This document shows, piece after piece, positions 27,742 through 38,206 of a stretch of DNA of 64,000 nucleotides (within the stretch, counting starts at the first letter, position 1; each line of letters starts with the position of its first letter). The stretch spans positions 96,001 through 160,000 of the forward strand of contig CAWDOY010000047.1 of assembly GCA_963803975.1 (NCBI GenBank). The letters are read 5' to 3'. Origin of the DNA: an uncultured delta proteobacterium (GTDB lineage Bacteria > Desulfobacterota > WTBG01 > CAIYCZ01). The translations under genes were made by a program, and so were the position numbers. The notes below the pieces were generated by a model. It was not told the origin of the DNA and searched no databases. It worked only from the letters and a program-made list of their open reading frames with translations.

Positions 27742-29772
27742 TTATACTTTAAATATATTTCGTCCGGTCATGGTCGCCGGCACCTTTACGCCGAATGCCG
27801 TCAATATTGACGGCGCAAGGTCAGTAAGGGCCGACGCAGGGCTTATGATGTCCTGATTGCTGAACAGTATGCCCGGCAGTTCAGAGGAATCCATGCAGTG
27901 GTCAGCTGCCCAGGCTGAATCATTATCTGAAAGTATCTCTTTGGGCATATCTCCCAGGCATGATTTCCACGAGCAGCGGAAATCGCGGCTGTAGCCGATA
28001 ATTAGATCCGGCGCATACTTCTGCTGCGGCCCTGAATATATCTTGTCTGCTCTGCGCGCTTTGCAGATAACGGCCCTGCCGTCGCTATCCCGCACTGCCT
28101 CAAGCTTCTGCACAAGCTCTTCCAGAAGGGTTTCCCGCTCTGCAGCGGGGTCCACAATCCCGTACTGCTCCCGTCCTCTCTGGTTAAGATAGAGGCTGTT
28201 GATGCCAAGGCCGTAGGCCCTGGTTTTTGACCAGTCAACGTCAGAAAACAGTGACGTGCACTCAGGCGGACCCAGGTACCCGTTATCCCGCAGCCAGGTG
28301 TTCAAGTTGAACTGGCGCCTGAAGTTTGCAAATCCGTGATCACTCATGATAATGATATGCGCCGTATCACCGTACCGCTTCATGAGCGCTCCGACCAGCG
28401 CGTCCATCCTGCCGTAGAGATCCTGCACATGGGTGAAATATTTTTGCGCTTCAGCTGCCGTGCGGTAGGGATGTTTTGCCGCGGTGTCCCACCACAGCAT
28501 GTGGGACTGCATGTCGGTACTGGAAAAATAAAAAAAGAGCAGCCCGTCATCATAATTGCGCAGCGCGTAGTCAAGCAGCTGCATGCGCTCCTGCAGCACA
28601 TACTCTGCCTGCCGGACAAATTCATCATCACTGAAAACCTTGTTTGAGAGGGCCTTATGGTCTTCCTGAAAACCCGTATTGTAAAAAAGCCCCAGCTGCT
28701 GAGACAGCTCCGGAAGAAATGCGGGCGGCTCGGTAATTTTTATGGCCGGGTCGTTAGGATCAGTATTTATGGGGGTAACATACAGCCTGAAGTTGGGGGC
28801 CGCTTCCTGCAGATAAAACCGGCAGATGCCGCTTATTTTTTTGTCAGGCACCAGCGCGGGGGTTGAAAGGCTGTACTCGATTCGCACCCAGGGGCTCCAT
28901 TCACCCTGCTTCATAAGTATCGTCTGCTGCTGAATTTCGACGACAGCAGCCCTGTCGTTGCGGTTGCGATGCACGATAAATTCTATGGTTGCGTCCTGCG
29001 GTTTTTTAAGAAAGGTATTTTTTGGGCCAATTAAAATAAGCGGCCGGGAGGTTTCGCCGTCAAAATATATTTTTGACCGCCTCCCTCCCCCTTCGCTGAC
29101 GGGTTTCTCCGGGCCGTCTTCGGCAAAGTGCTGGTAGGTTCCATAAGAGCCCAGCAGGTCAGGGGTCCCCATTCCTGCAAGGCAGCGGTGATTCCCATGC
29201 GTTGAGGAACTGGGCGGGTAGTTTGACGGCAGATCGTAAAACGTTGAGGGAATACCCGCTGCATCAAGATACTCCCAGAACGGCACGCCTTCGCGCTTCA
29301 GCACGGTCCGGGGAGGGGTGTGATTGAAGGGCCAGAAATCAAGCTGCATTTTATGCTCGCCCAGTTCCAGGTAACCGACACCGGGCATTGTTTCAGCAGC
29401 TGCAAAAAAAGGTAACGCCTGTTTTTCCGGATTGCGGTGGATAAAATCAAATATACCGTGGGAGCCGGGGCCCGCGCCGTTGATAAAATTTGCCCAGGCA
29501 ACCGGGCTTTGCGGAGGGTTGCTGGTAGCAAGCGGCCGGAATCCATTATTCTTTCTCAGCCGGTCAAGATTGGGCAGCCGGCCCTGCTCCATCAAACGGA
29601 TGCAGAGCAGCGGGTCCATGCCGTCAAAACCTATGACAATAACTTTTTTGCCCGCAACCCTGCGCGGCTTTTGTTCCTGCGCGCTTGCTGCGCGGGAGCT
29701 TATTCCAGCTGCCAGCGCTGCTGCAGCCGCGGTCGACTGTTTTATAAAATCCCGTCTGGTAAGATGTTTCAT
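27742..29772 (-). CDS. Tat-exported alkaline phosphatase superfamily (type I phosphodiesterase/NPP-like) protein
   Basis: TRRDFIK Tat motif; IGFDGMD, PPQSPVAW, HGIFDF, MSDHGF and ADH. Confidence 0.85.
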   Translation of the reverse strand: MKHLTRRDFIKQSTAAAAALAAGISSRAASAQEQKPRRVAGKKVIVIGFDGMDPLLCIRLMEQGRLPNLDRLRKNNGFRPLATSNPPQSPVAWANFINGAGPGSHGIFDFIHRNPEKQALPFFAAAETMPGVGYLELGEHKMQLDFWPFNHTPPRTVLKREGVPFWEYLDAAGIPSTFYDLPSNYPPSSSTHGNHRCLAGMGTPDLLGSYGTYQHFAEDGPEKPVSEGGGRRSKIYFDGETSRPLILIGPKNTFLKKPQDATIEFIVHRNRNDRAAVVEIQQQTILMKQGEWSPWVRIEYSLSTPALVPDKKISGICRFYLQEAAPNFRLYVTPINTDPNDPAIKITEPPAFLPELSQQLGLFYNTGFQEDHKALSNKVFSDDEFVRQAEYVLQERMQLLDYALRNYDDGLLFFYFSSTDMQSHMLWWDTAAKHPYRTAAEAQKYFTHVQDLYGRMDALVGALMKRYGDTAHIIIMSDHGFANFRRQFNLNTWLRDNGYLGPPECTSLFSDVDWSKTRAYGLGINSLYLNQRGREQYGIVDPAAERETLLEELVQKLEAVRDSDGRAVICKARRADKIYSGPQQKYAPDLIIGYSRDFRCSWKSCLGDMPKEILSDNDSAWAADHCMDSSELPGILFSNQDIISPASALTDLAPSILTAFGVKVPATMTGRNIFKV

Positions 29773-29784
29773 AACAGTTACGTC

Positions 29785-31893
29785 CTATGAGATCGTTTTC
29801 TGCCCGGGGCCGTCCACCTGCAGGGATTTCCCGTCCATGTGGGAAGGAACCGGAACCCCGAACATTTCAAGTATGGTCGGCCCGATGTCCATGAGCCGCG
29901 GGTGCTCGTCATGAATCATGCGATTGCTGAACAGAATGCCCGGAACCAGTGATTGATCAATGCAGTGATCGCCGCTCCAGGCTTTTACATTATCGTGAAC
30001 GACCCGGCCGGTTACTTCTCCAATGGCAGTTTCCCATGCCGCCCGGTAACCCGCATTATATCCGACGAGAAGGTCCGGAGCATCCTGTTTGTAGGGGCCC
30101 TGATAAATCTTCATGGCATTATAGACCCTCTTTATTACCGGCTGTCCGTGCAGGGGATCAATAAAACCTTGAAGCTTTTCGGCAAGTTCCTCCCGGAGCT
30201 GCACTGCTTCTGCCCCGGAATCTACCATCCCCTGCGCTTCTCTGCCCTTAAGGTTTAGATAGATGCCGGAAAGGCCGATGGCAAAGGCTCTGGTCTTTGA
30301 CCAGTCAACACCTGCCAGATTTTTCCTGCCGCGCCCATTCTCAGTGAGCGACAGATAGCCGTTTTCCTCAAGCCACCGGTTTAAGTCTATGCCGTAGCGA
30401 AAGGAGTTAAACCCGTGATCGGAAATCACCATCAGCAGCGTGTTGCGGTCACGGCATTTTTTCATCGTCTCTCCGAGTATTCTGTCAGCATTCCGGTAAA
30501 TCTTTTCAATTTCCGGTTCTGCTGCCGGCTGATAGCTGCCCCGGTGCGCGGGATGTTCGGGGTCAAGCTGGCGCCAGAAAGAGTGCTGTACGCGGTCAGT
30601 GCCGTCAAACACACACACGCACAGTCCCCGGCCGATATTGTCAAGGGCATCAAAGAACATGCTCACCCGCTCCCGGTCGGTCTGCAGGCACTGCTCAATA
30701 AACTGCTCATCACTGATGCGCTGTTCATTCAGCGCCCAGCTGTCCTCAGCCAGGCCCAGGGTTGCATACCGGCCCTGACGCTTGGCCAGGTACGTTGCAT
30801 AGACCTGCGGATGGCTGATGGGCATTACCGGTTTATCCGGGTCAATGTTTATCGGCGTCACATAGAGCTTGAAATCCGGCTCAGCTGCTATCAGCAGAAA
30901 CCTGCAGATGCCCCGCACCTTCATCCCCAGAGAGGCCTTGAAGGTAACCGGTATCCAGTCAGAGTATTGTCCTGCGATGAGGGCACAGGTTGCGCCATTG
31001 AGATGCAGCACCGCGCTCGTAGCATCCTGAATGGTTATTTCAAAAGGGCATTTCAGGACAACGCGTGCTTTAAGCATGGGATCGTGCGGCCCTGACAGCT
31101 CTGCTTTGATACGGTTGCCGGTTCTCTCTACCTGATGTACTTCCCCGCCGGTATTCTCGCCCGCGCCGGCAGCGCTGGTCGTGTAAAAGGAAAATATTCC
31201 CTGGGATCCGCGCAGATCCGGGGTGCACATTGCCGCAAGCTGCAGGCCGTAAAATTGTTCCGGCGGAAAGGTAATGGGAACGCGGATTATGTTGCTGAAG
31301 ATGCCATGCTCGCCGAGCGTCTTCCAGAAGGGAACACCTTTTCTCAGCAGACGGATATCACCGCGCCCGAGAGGAATCTGATAGCGTCCCACTGACAGGG
31401 TGCGCAGCGGCCCCTTAATATCGGTAGAGCTCAGCTTGGGGGCATACGTTTTACGATCGCGCGTGAGAAAGTCAAAGATATTATGTTTGCCCGGATTTAC
31501 CCCGGTCTGAAATGAAGACCAGGCAACCGGTGAAATGGGGGGAATAGTGGACAGCAGCGGTTTAAAGCAGCCCTGTTCCTGCAGCTTTGCAAAATTGGGC
31601 AATTTACCCTCATCCAGCAGTTGCGTGGTCAGCGTATAGTCCATGCCGTCAAATCCAATAACAATTGCTTTTTTGATGCGGCTGCGGGCATACACTCTGC
31701 GGAACCGGATACTGCGCACGATCGTCCGGATCGGCCAGGTCACCAGTATTATAAGCGCAGAGACCAGTGCGGTAAATAAAACTAAAAATGAGCCGCCAAC
31801 CGCAAAACCGGCACCCGGACCAATATAGGCGCTTGCAGAACCGGGAAGCAGTGCACTTAATAGTACTGCAAGAGCGACCAGCAAATATTTCAT
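29785..31893 (-). CDS. Membrane-anchored alkaline phosphatase superfamily (NPP-like) protein
   Basis: Signal-like segment, AYIGPGAG and a TM helix; IGFDGMD, PPISPVAW, ISDHGF and SGDH. Confidence 0.85.
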   Translation of the reverse strand: MKYLLVALAVLLSALLPGSASAYIGPGAGFAVGGSFLVLFTALVSALIILVTWPIRTIVRSIRFRRVYARSRIKKAIVIGFDGMDYTLTTQLLDEGKLPNFAKLQEQGCFKPLLSTIPPISPVAWSSFQTGVNPGKHNIFDFLTRDRKTYAPKLSSTDIKGPLRTLSVGRYQIPLGRGDIRLLRKGVPFWKTLGEHGIFSNIIRVPITFPPEQFYGLQLAAMCTPDLRGSQGIFSFYTTSAAGAGENTGGEVHQVERTGNRIKAELSGPHDPMLKARVVLKCPFEITIQDATSAVLHLNGATCALIAGQYSDWIPVTFKASLGMKVRGICRFLLIAAEPDFKLYVTPINIDPDKPVMPISHPQVYATYLAKRQGRYATLGLAEDSWALNEQRISDEQFIEQCLQTDRERVSMFFDALDNIGRGLCVCVFDGTDRVQHSFWRQLDPEHPAHRGSYQPAAEPEIEKIYRNADRILGETMKKCRDRNTLLMVISDHGFNSFRYGIDLNRWLEENGYLSLTENGRGRKNLAGVDWSKTRAFAIGLSGIYLNLKGREAQGMVDSGAEAVQLREELAEKLQGFIDPLHGQPVIKRVYNAMKIYQGPYKQDAPDLLVGYNAGYRAAWETAIGEVTGRVVHDNVKAWSGDHCIDQSLVPGILFSNRMIHDEHPRLMDIGPTILEMFGVPVPSHMDGKSLQVDGPGQKTIS

Positions 31894-31919
31894 GCGTAAG
31901 CCAACATAATTATAACTGT

Positions 31920-33221
31920 TTACAAAACTCTCTTATCAATAATCTTTCCGGATTGCTGCAGGTTCTCTTCGAGTGTTTTCCGCTCCACCAGCTTTACCTC
32001 CACTCTGAGGCCGAGGCGGCGCATAAGGGTGCTGCGTGTCTGCTCCAGCAGCGAGCGCTGCCGCTTCATCTCATCAAAGAAGATGTTCTCTGAAACTGCC
32101 ACATGGACCTCCAGGGTGTCGCGATAGTCGTCCCTGGTCACCACAATCTGATAGTGCGGCTCGCATCCTTCTATTTCCCTGAGCACCTTTTCAATCTGCC
32201 CGGGGACAACATGGATCCCTTTTACCACGATGATGTCATCCACCCGCTCCATGACCCGCTCCATTCTCACCAGCGTCCGGCCGCAGGTACACGGGCTGAA
32301 ATCAAGGCTGGTTATATCCCCGGTGCGATAGCGCAGCAGGGGAAATGCTTCGCGGGTGAGGGTCGTCAGCACCAGCTCGCCGGTCTGGCCGGGCGGCAGC
32401 GGGGTGCCGGTCTGCGGGTCAATGATTTCCGGCAGAAAATGGTCTTCAGCGAGATGCAGTCCGCTTTTCGCGTCACATTCGCCGGCGATGCCGGGGCCTG
32501 ACAGCTCGCTCACGCCGTAATTATCATAGACAGCGATAAAGAGCCGCTCTTCTACTTCCCGGCGCGTCTTTTCCGACCATGGCTCAGCCCCGAACAGGCC
32601 TTTCCTGAGGCTTAAGGTTTTCGGGTCGATGCCCAGTTTCCGCAGCCGGTCTGCAAAAATCAGAGCAAAGGACGGCGTTGCCACCAGCACCGTGGTCCGG
32701 TAGTCCTGCATGATCCTGATCTGGCGATCGATATTTTCGCTGGATGCGGGAATAACCGACGCGCCGATGCACTCGGCGCCATGGTGCAGGCCGAAAGCGC
32801 CGGTATAAAGACCGTAGTGAAAGGAGATCTGCATGACATCGTCGTGGGTCACCCCGCCCGCGGTCAGAAACCGGGCGACCTGCGTGCCCCAGTTCTTCAG
32901 GTCATTGCGGGTGTAGCCGATGACGGTCGGCGTATCGATGGTCTCGGTGGTGGTATGAATACGCACCACCTCGCGCAGCGGAACCGCAAACAGGCCGTAG
33001 GGATAATTGCTCTGCAGGTCCTGTTTGGTAGTGAGCGGCAGGCGCTTGAATTCTTCCAGGGTTGAGATGTCTTCAGGGACGATTTTTTTCTCGTCAAAAA
33101 TTTTCCGGTAGAATGATACGTTCTTATAGGCGCGGTTAAGGCTTGACTGCAGCCGCTCTAACTGGAGCTGCTGCAGCTCCTCGCGGGGACAACACTCAAT
33201 CTTTTCTTCCCAGATAGCCAT
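31920..33221 (-). CDS. Phenylacetate-CoA ligase-like protein with degenerate P-loop
   Basis: Collinear with the other paaK copies (YGLYTGAFG, GAEPWS, YGVSELSGPG, RYRTGD) but has HTTTETIDT in place of HxSSGTTG. Confidence 0.82.
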   Translation of the reverse strand: MAIWEEKIECCPREELQQLQLERLQSSLNRAYKNVSFYRKIFDEKKIVPEDISTLEEFKRLPLTTKQDLQSNYPYGLFAVPLREVVRIHTTTETIDTPTVIGYTRNDLKNWGTQVARFLTAGGVTHDDVMQISFHYGLYTGAFGLHHGAECIGASVIPASSENIDRQIRIMQDYRTTVLVATPSFALIFADRLRKLGIDPKTLSLRKGLFGAEPWSEKTRREVEERLFIAVYDNYGVSELSGPGIAGECDAKSGLHLAEDHFLPEIIDPQTGTPLPPGQTGELVLTTLTREAFPLLRYRTGDITSLDFSPCTCGRTLVRMERVMERVDDIIVVKGIHVVPGQIEKVLREIEGCEPHYQIVVTRDDYRDTLEVHVAVSENIFFDEMKRQRSLLEQTRSTLMRRLGLRVEVKLVERKTLEENLQQSGKIIDKRVL

Positions 33222-33230
33222 GTGCTTCTC

Positions 33231-33968
33231 CTATTCCCAGATCGGTTTTTTCTCTTTGCCCAGATAGGCACGCTGCACTTCCCTGTTTTCCAGCAGATCC
33301 CGCGCATTGCCCTCAAACATTATTTTCCCGGTCTCCATGACATAGCCGCGGTCTGACAGTTTGAGGGCGGCCCGGGCATTCTGCTCCACCAGAAAAATGG
33401 TCGTCTTGCTCATCTCCCTGAGCCGGGCAACCGTTTTGAAGATTTCCGTGACCACCAGCGGGGCCAGCCCCATGGAAGGCTCATCAAGGAGCAGTATCCG
33501 GGGCCGGCTCATGAGCGCCCGCCCGATAGCAAGCATCTGCTGCTCACCGCCGGAGAGGGTGCCGGCAAGCTGATTCTGCCGCTCCTGCAGAATGGGGAAC
33601 AGGGTAAACATTTCTTCTATATCGCGCTGGATTTTTCTGCTTCCGTCGCGGCGGTATCTGATATAGGAGCCAAGCTTCAGGTTATCAAGCACCGTCAGCG
33701 GATTGAATATCTGCCGTCCCTCGGGCACCTGGGAGATGCCCATCTTAACCACACGGTCCGGACTTTTGCGCGCTATGTCTTTATTATTATACATTATTTG
33801 CCCGGTCCGCGCATTAATAATCCCGGAGATGGTATTGAGCAGCGTGGTTTTGCCTGCGCCGTTGGCCCCGATTAACGAGACAATTTCTCCTTCCGCGATG
33901 TGCAGGGAAATATTCTTCAGAACGTGAATCTCGCCGTAGAAGGTATTGATGTTGAGCAGCCGGAGCAT
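33231..33968 (-). CDS. livF: Branched-chain amino acid-type ABC transporter ATPase
   Basis: GANGAGKTT, QVPEGRQIF, LSGGEQQML and LLLDEPSMGLAP. Confidence 0.9.
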   Translation of the reverse strand: MLRLLNINTFYGEIHVLKNISLHIAEGEIVSLIGANGAGKTTLLNTISGIINARTGQIMYNNKDIARKSPDRVVKMGISQVPEGRQIFNPLTVLDNLKLGSYIRYRRDGSRKIQRDIEEMFTLFPILQERQNQLAGTLSGGEQQMLAIGRALMSRPRILLLDEPSMGLAPLVVTEIFKTVARLREMSKTTIFLVEQNARAALKLSDRGYVMETGKIMFEGNARDLLENREVQRAYLGKEKKPIWE

Positions 33969-33973
33969 CGTTT

Positions 33974-34741
33974 CTATTCCTCCTTGCCCAGATACACGTC
34001 AATTACTTCCTGGTTGGTCTGGATTTCCACCGGCTTTCCTTCTGCAATGCGTTTTCCGTAATTGAGCACGATGATTTCATCTGAAATATCCATGACCAGC
34101 TCCATATCATGCTCCACGATGACCACTGTTATGCCCATCTCTTTTATGGTGCGGATAAGTGTGCCCAGCTGCCGTGTCTCCTGGGTATTGAGCCCTGCTG
34201 CCGGCTCATCAAGCAGCAGAATCTCCGGCTCGGTCGCCAGCGCCCGGGCTATCTCCAGCAGCCGCTGGCTGCCGATGGGAATGCTGGCGGCAGGCTTGTC
34301 TGCAATGTCCTGAAGGCCGACCATTTCCAGATAGAAGCAAGCCCGCTCGCCGGTGACCGGCTCCTCCCGGCGCATCCGCGGCAGCCGCAGCGCCGAGCTG
34401 ATAATGCCTGCCTGCGTCCGGACATGGCGGCCGACCATCACATTCTCAAGCACGGTCATGTTGCCGAAAATCTGGGCGGTCTGAAATGTCCGGGCAAGCC
34501 CGCAACGCGTTATCTCATGCGGCTTCAGCCCGGAAATAGTTTTCTGGTTGAGAAAAATAGTTCCCCGGTCAGGCGCGTGCATGCCGCTCACCACATTCAA
34601 AAGCGTGGTTTTCCCCGCCCCGTTGGGGCCGATAATCGCTGTTATGGTATTGCGCGCAATGAGAAAGGTGAGGTTGTCCAGCGCCACGACCCCGCCAAAC
34701 CCCTTGCGTATATTTAATGACTCTAAGATAATGTCGCTCAC
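33974..34741 (-). CDS. livG: Branched-chain amino acid-type ABC transporter ATPase
   Basis: GPNGAGKTT, ARTFQ, LLLDEPAAGLN and VEHDM. Confidence 0.9.
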   Translation of the reverse strand: MSDIILESLNIRKGFGGVVALDNLTFLIARNTITAIIGPNGAGKTTLLNVVSGMHAPDRGTIFLNQKTISGLKPHEITRCGLARTFQTAQIFGNMTVLENVMVGRHVRTQAGIISSALRLPRMRREEPVTGERACFYLEMVGLQDIADKPAASIPIGSQRLLEIARALATEPEILLLDEPAAGLNTQETRQLGTLIRTIKEMGITVVIVEHDMELVMDISDEIIVLNYGKRIAEGKPVEIQTNQEVIDVYLGKEE

Positions 34742-34747
34742 GGTTCC

Positions 34748-35701
34748 TTAAGCCTTGCTTCGTCCGCGCCGTATAGTGCTGTATGCCATGGCAAACCCCT
34801 GGCTGAGCCCTCCCGGCAAAAACATGATAATAAACAGGAGAATGAATCCATAGACAATTACATCGTAATCCTCAAACACGCGCAGATATTCCGGCAGTAT
34901 GGTGAGCAGCGCTGCTCCCAGGATGCAGCCCCAGATATTGGCCATGCCTCCCACCACCACCATCATAACCAGCAGGATGGAAAACATGATATTGCACGTG
35001 GTCGGGCTGATAAAGGTTACGAAATGCACATACAGGCTTCCTGAAACCGAGGCAACCAGCGCGCTCAGGATAAACACCTGAACCTTTAACTGCGCAGCGT
35101 TGACGCCCATGGCAGTGGCGGCAAGCTCACTGCCGTGAATAGACCGTAATGCCCTGCCGACGCGTGAGTTAATCAGATTGTTAATCAGTATAAAAATGAT
35201 GATAAAAACAATCCACACAAAATAATAATATTTCATGTCTGAATCAAGGACAAGCGAGCCGATCTGAATCCGGGGAATCTCGCCGAACCCTGACGGCCCG
35301 CCGGTCAGGTCCACCGCCGCATTGAGGAAAATATTGACAATCTCGCCGAACGCGAGCGTCGCCATGGCCAGATAGTGCCCCTTTAACCGCAATGACGGGA
35401 CGCCGATCAGGTACGCCACCAGTGCGGTCAGGACGAGCGCCGCGATAAAAGCAACAATGATGGGAACGTGGTAGTAAACCGTGAGTATGCCGGAGGTGTA
35501 CGCGCCGATGCCGAAAAACGCCGCGTGCCCGAGAGATATCTGGCCGGTGTAGCCCATGAGCAGGTTAAGCCCCATGGTGGTAATGCTGTATATCCCGATA
35601 AAGACCAGAATGCTCAGATAGTAGGGGTTCTTAATAAAAAGGGGCAGCAGAAAAATGACCACTGCAAAAATCAAAGTTGCGCTGTGTCTGTTGAGCTTCA
35701 T
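34748..35701 (-). CDS. livM: ABC permease (LivM type)
   Basis: GYTGQISLGHAAFFGIGAY, LRLKGHYLAMATLAFGEI and SRVGRALRSI; start approximate. Confidence 0.88.
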   Translation of the reverse strand: MKLNRHSATLIFAVVIFLLPLFIKNPYYLSILVFIGIYSITTMGLNLLMGYTGQISLGHAAFFGIGAYTSGILTVYYHVPIIVAFIAALVLTALVAYLIGVPSLRLKGHYLAMATLAFGEIVNIFLNAAVDLTGGPSGFGEIPRIQIGSLVLDSDMKYYYFVWIVFIIIFILINNLINSRVGRALRSIHGSELAATAMGVNAAQLKVQVFILSALVASVSGSLYVHFVTFISPTTCNIMFSILLVMMVVVGGMANIWGCILGAALLTILPEYLRVFEDYDVIVYGFILLFIIMFLPGGLSQGFAMAYSTIRRGRSKA

Positions 35702-35713
35702 AATATCAAAAAC

Positions 35714-35803
35714 AGGGTTCAAGGGCTCAAGTGATCAAGGATTCAAGTGCAATGCGTTTACAAAAATCGCTTGAACCCTCGAACCCTGGAATCCTTGAAC
35801 CCT
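35714..35803. repeat. Palindromic tandem octamer element (AGGGTTCA)4...(TGAACCCT)4
   Basis: agggttca agggctca agtgatca aggattca ... ttgaaccc tcgaaccc tggaatcc ttgaaccc. Confidence 0.75.
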
Positions 35804-35807
35804 CTTG

Positions 35808-36701
35808 TTAAAATTCTTTCAGCTTGCTTGCCTCGCTCACGCCGAAAATGCCGCTCGGCTTTACAAACAGAACCAGCAGCAGCACTAAAAGCGCTATGGC
35901 GTCTTTGTAGCCAGAGGAAATGAGCCCTGCCCCCAGTGATTCAAGAATTCCAATGAGCAGCCCCGCGACTACCGCCCCGACGCCGTTTCCCAGTCCCCCG
36001 AGCACGGCTGCCGCAAATCCTTTCAATGCCAGGATGGCTCCCCGGTCATATTCCATAAGGGCAACCGGCGTTATGATAATCCCGGCAGTGGCTCCCAGCG
36101 CCGCGCTCAGGGCAAAGGATAAGAGCACCATTTTTTTAACACTGATGCCCACCAGGCTTGCCGCGGTGGGGTTTACGGCGCAGGCGCGCATCGCTTTCCC
36201 CAGCATGGTAAAGTTGAAAAATCCCGCCAGAATGATGACCACCACAAACATGATCCCCAGAATCCAGAGGGTTTGCGGCAGGATGGTTGCGCCGAACAGA
36301 TAAAACGGCTCTTCCCCTGAAAAGTGCGGCAGGGTATAGGTTTCCTTTCCCCAGAACAGCATGGCCGAGCCTTTCATAATGATTGAGCCGGCAAGCGTTA
36401 TCATGATCAGGATCAGCACCGACGGCCGCTTGAGCGGATAGATGGCAAGACGCTCAAACAGTGCGCCGATGAGTGTTACCATGATGACAGAAAGCGCAAA
36501 CGCCGCGATCATGGGAATTTTCAGCACCGTGGTAAACCAGACCATGAACATGCCGCCAAGCATGACAAATTCACCCTGGGCAAAATTTATAATGCCGGTG
36601 GCATTGTAAATAATATTAAACCCCAGCGCTACCATTCCGTAGATGGTGCCTATGGTTATACCGGTCAATAGAAACTGCAGTATCTGACTGAAAAGCGACA
36701 T
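35808..36701 (-). CDS. livH: ABC permease (LivH type)
   Basis: YGMVALGFNIIY...INFAQGEF, GKAMRAC and LKGFAAAVLGGLG. Confidence 0.9.
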   Translation of the reverse strand: MSLFSQILQFLLTGITIGTIYGMVALGFNIIYNATGIINFAQGEFVMLGGMFMVWFTTVLKIPMIAAFALSVIMVTLIGALFERLAIYPLKRPSVLILIMITLAGSIIMKGSAMLFWGKETYTLPHFSGEEPFYLFGATILPQTLWILGIMFVVVIILAGFFNFTMLGKAMRACAVNPTAASLVGISVKKMVLLSFALSAALGATAGIIITPVALMEYDRGAILALKGFAAAVLGGLGNGVGAVVAGLLIGILESLGAGLISSGYKDAIALLVLLLVLFVKPSGIFGVSEASKLKEF

Positions 36702-36837
36702 GCACAACTACTCCACCCTGAGAAACAGATACCAGTCACCGGGGCTCCCCGCGTCCCTGCGGACAGGTGCCCCGCCAGTCGGAAGACGTCTAAAAATCTG
36801 CACGATAGTAACTCATTATGACGTCTGTGTAAATTAC

Positions 36838-36881
36838 AAAAAAAGAGGCTAAACCCTAAATATAAAACCGGTGTAGCCTCT
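36838..36881 (-). terminator. Intrinsic terminator after the substrate-binding genes
   Basis: AGAGGCTA...TAGCCTCT stem followed by a T-run on the minus strand. Confidence 0.55.
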
Positions 36882-36952
36882 CATATGCTGCAGTCTAATG
36901 TTCACGGTTCAGGTATCGTGAAGCTTTAAACCTTAAACGTGAAACCTGCACA

Positions 36953-38094
36953 TTACTGTGCCGGCAAAAACTTTCCGCCCTTTATGGTGATCATTTCAAA
37001 CGCATCTTTGGTGAGACCGGTATGATCTTCGGGTGAGTAAGTTGAAAACACCGCCGGTGCCGACAAAGTTTTTAGTGTTTTCAATATAGTCCCGGATCTT
37101 TGCCCGGTCCGGCCCGACTGCGCGCAGGGCGGCGATCACCAGGGTAAGCGCATCATAGGCATGCCCGCCAAAGGTGCTCACATCGTTTTAAACTTTTCCT
37201 CATAGTCCTTCTTGTATTTCTCCAGCAAAGCGCTCTCTGCGGGTGGTCAGCCGGCAGCGAGTCCACCACCAGCAGCCTCCCGGCCGGGAACAGCACCCCG
37301 TCTGCTGCATCGCCGGCAGCTCGCGCATATTTGATATTGCCAAACCCGTGGCTCTGAAACAGCGGTATGGTCATCCCGAGCTGTTTCCTGTTTTTGATAA
37401 TGGTTGCCTGACCGGGCACAATGGACCAGTTGACAATTGCCTGAGCATCGGTGCCCTTGATCTTGGTCAGCTGGGCCGTCATATCGGTATCTTTCGGCCC
37501 ATAGGTTTCATCCGCGACAATGGTAATGCCGTACTTTGGAGCAAGCAGGGTGAGCTGCTTTCTTCCTTCCATGCCGAACCCCTCGGTGGCGGTAATGATA
37601 GCAACCTTGGAGATATTCATTTCTTTCATCTTCTCATAAATCCTGATTGCTGCATCGCTGTCTTTCTGCGGGGTTTTGAAGACCCACTTTCGCACCGGGT
37701 TAACGATCGCCTCCGCAGCCGCGCATGATACGAGCGGCACCTGCGCCTTTTCTACGATGGGTATGACCGCCATGGTTGTCCCGCTCCTGGTGGGGCCGAC
37801 AATGGCCAGCACGTTGTCTCTGTTGATGAGCTTCTGGACCGCCATGACAGCCTTTGCTTCTTCTCCCACCGTGTCTTCAATGATGATCTCCAGCGGGTGC
37901 CCGTTGATGCCGCCCTGGGCATTGACCTGCTCCTGGATCATCTTAACGGTGTTGCGCTCAGGTTCCCCAAGCCATGCCGCAGGACCGGTTATGGCGAATA
38001 CCGCCCCGACCTTGTACGGCTCCGCTGCCATAACAGAACCGGCAGCGCCGAGTATCCATACCCCTAAGACAATAACCCCAAAAACTTTTTTCAT
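36953..38094 (-). CDS. LivJ-family ABC substrate-binding protein (frameshifts near 37230, 37185 and 37040)
   Basis: Signal peptide; near-identical paralog of 38207-39346; C-terminus ...FEMITIKGGKFLPAQ*. Confidence 0.85.
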
Positions 38095-38206
38095 TGTACC
38101 CTCCTCCTCGCGTGTTGTTGTTTAAGTATCCCCTCATGTATGTAAAACCGGCCGTCAGTCTTCAGCACAAACCCTGCTTCAAAGCCGGCTGCTAAGCACT
38201 GCAGGC

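Noticed and set aside
36720..36830. GC-rich segment upstream of livH as a riboswitch
   Set aside because: Short hairpins are possible, but there is no recognisable aptamer consensus or expression platform.
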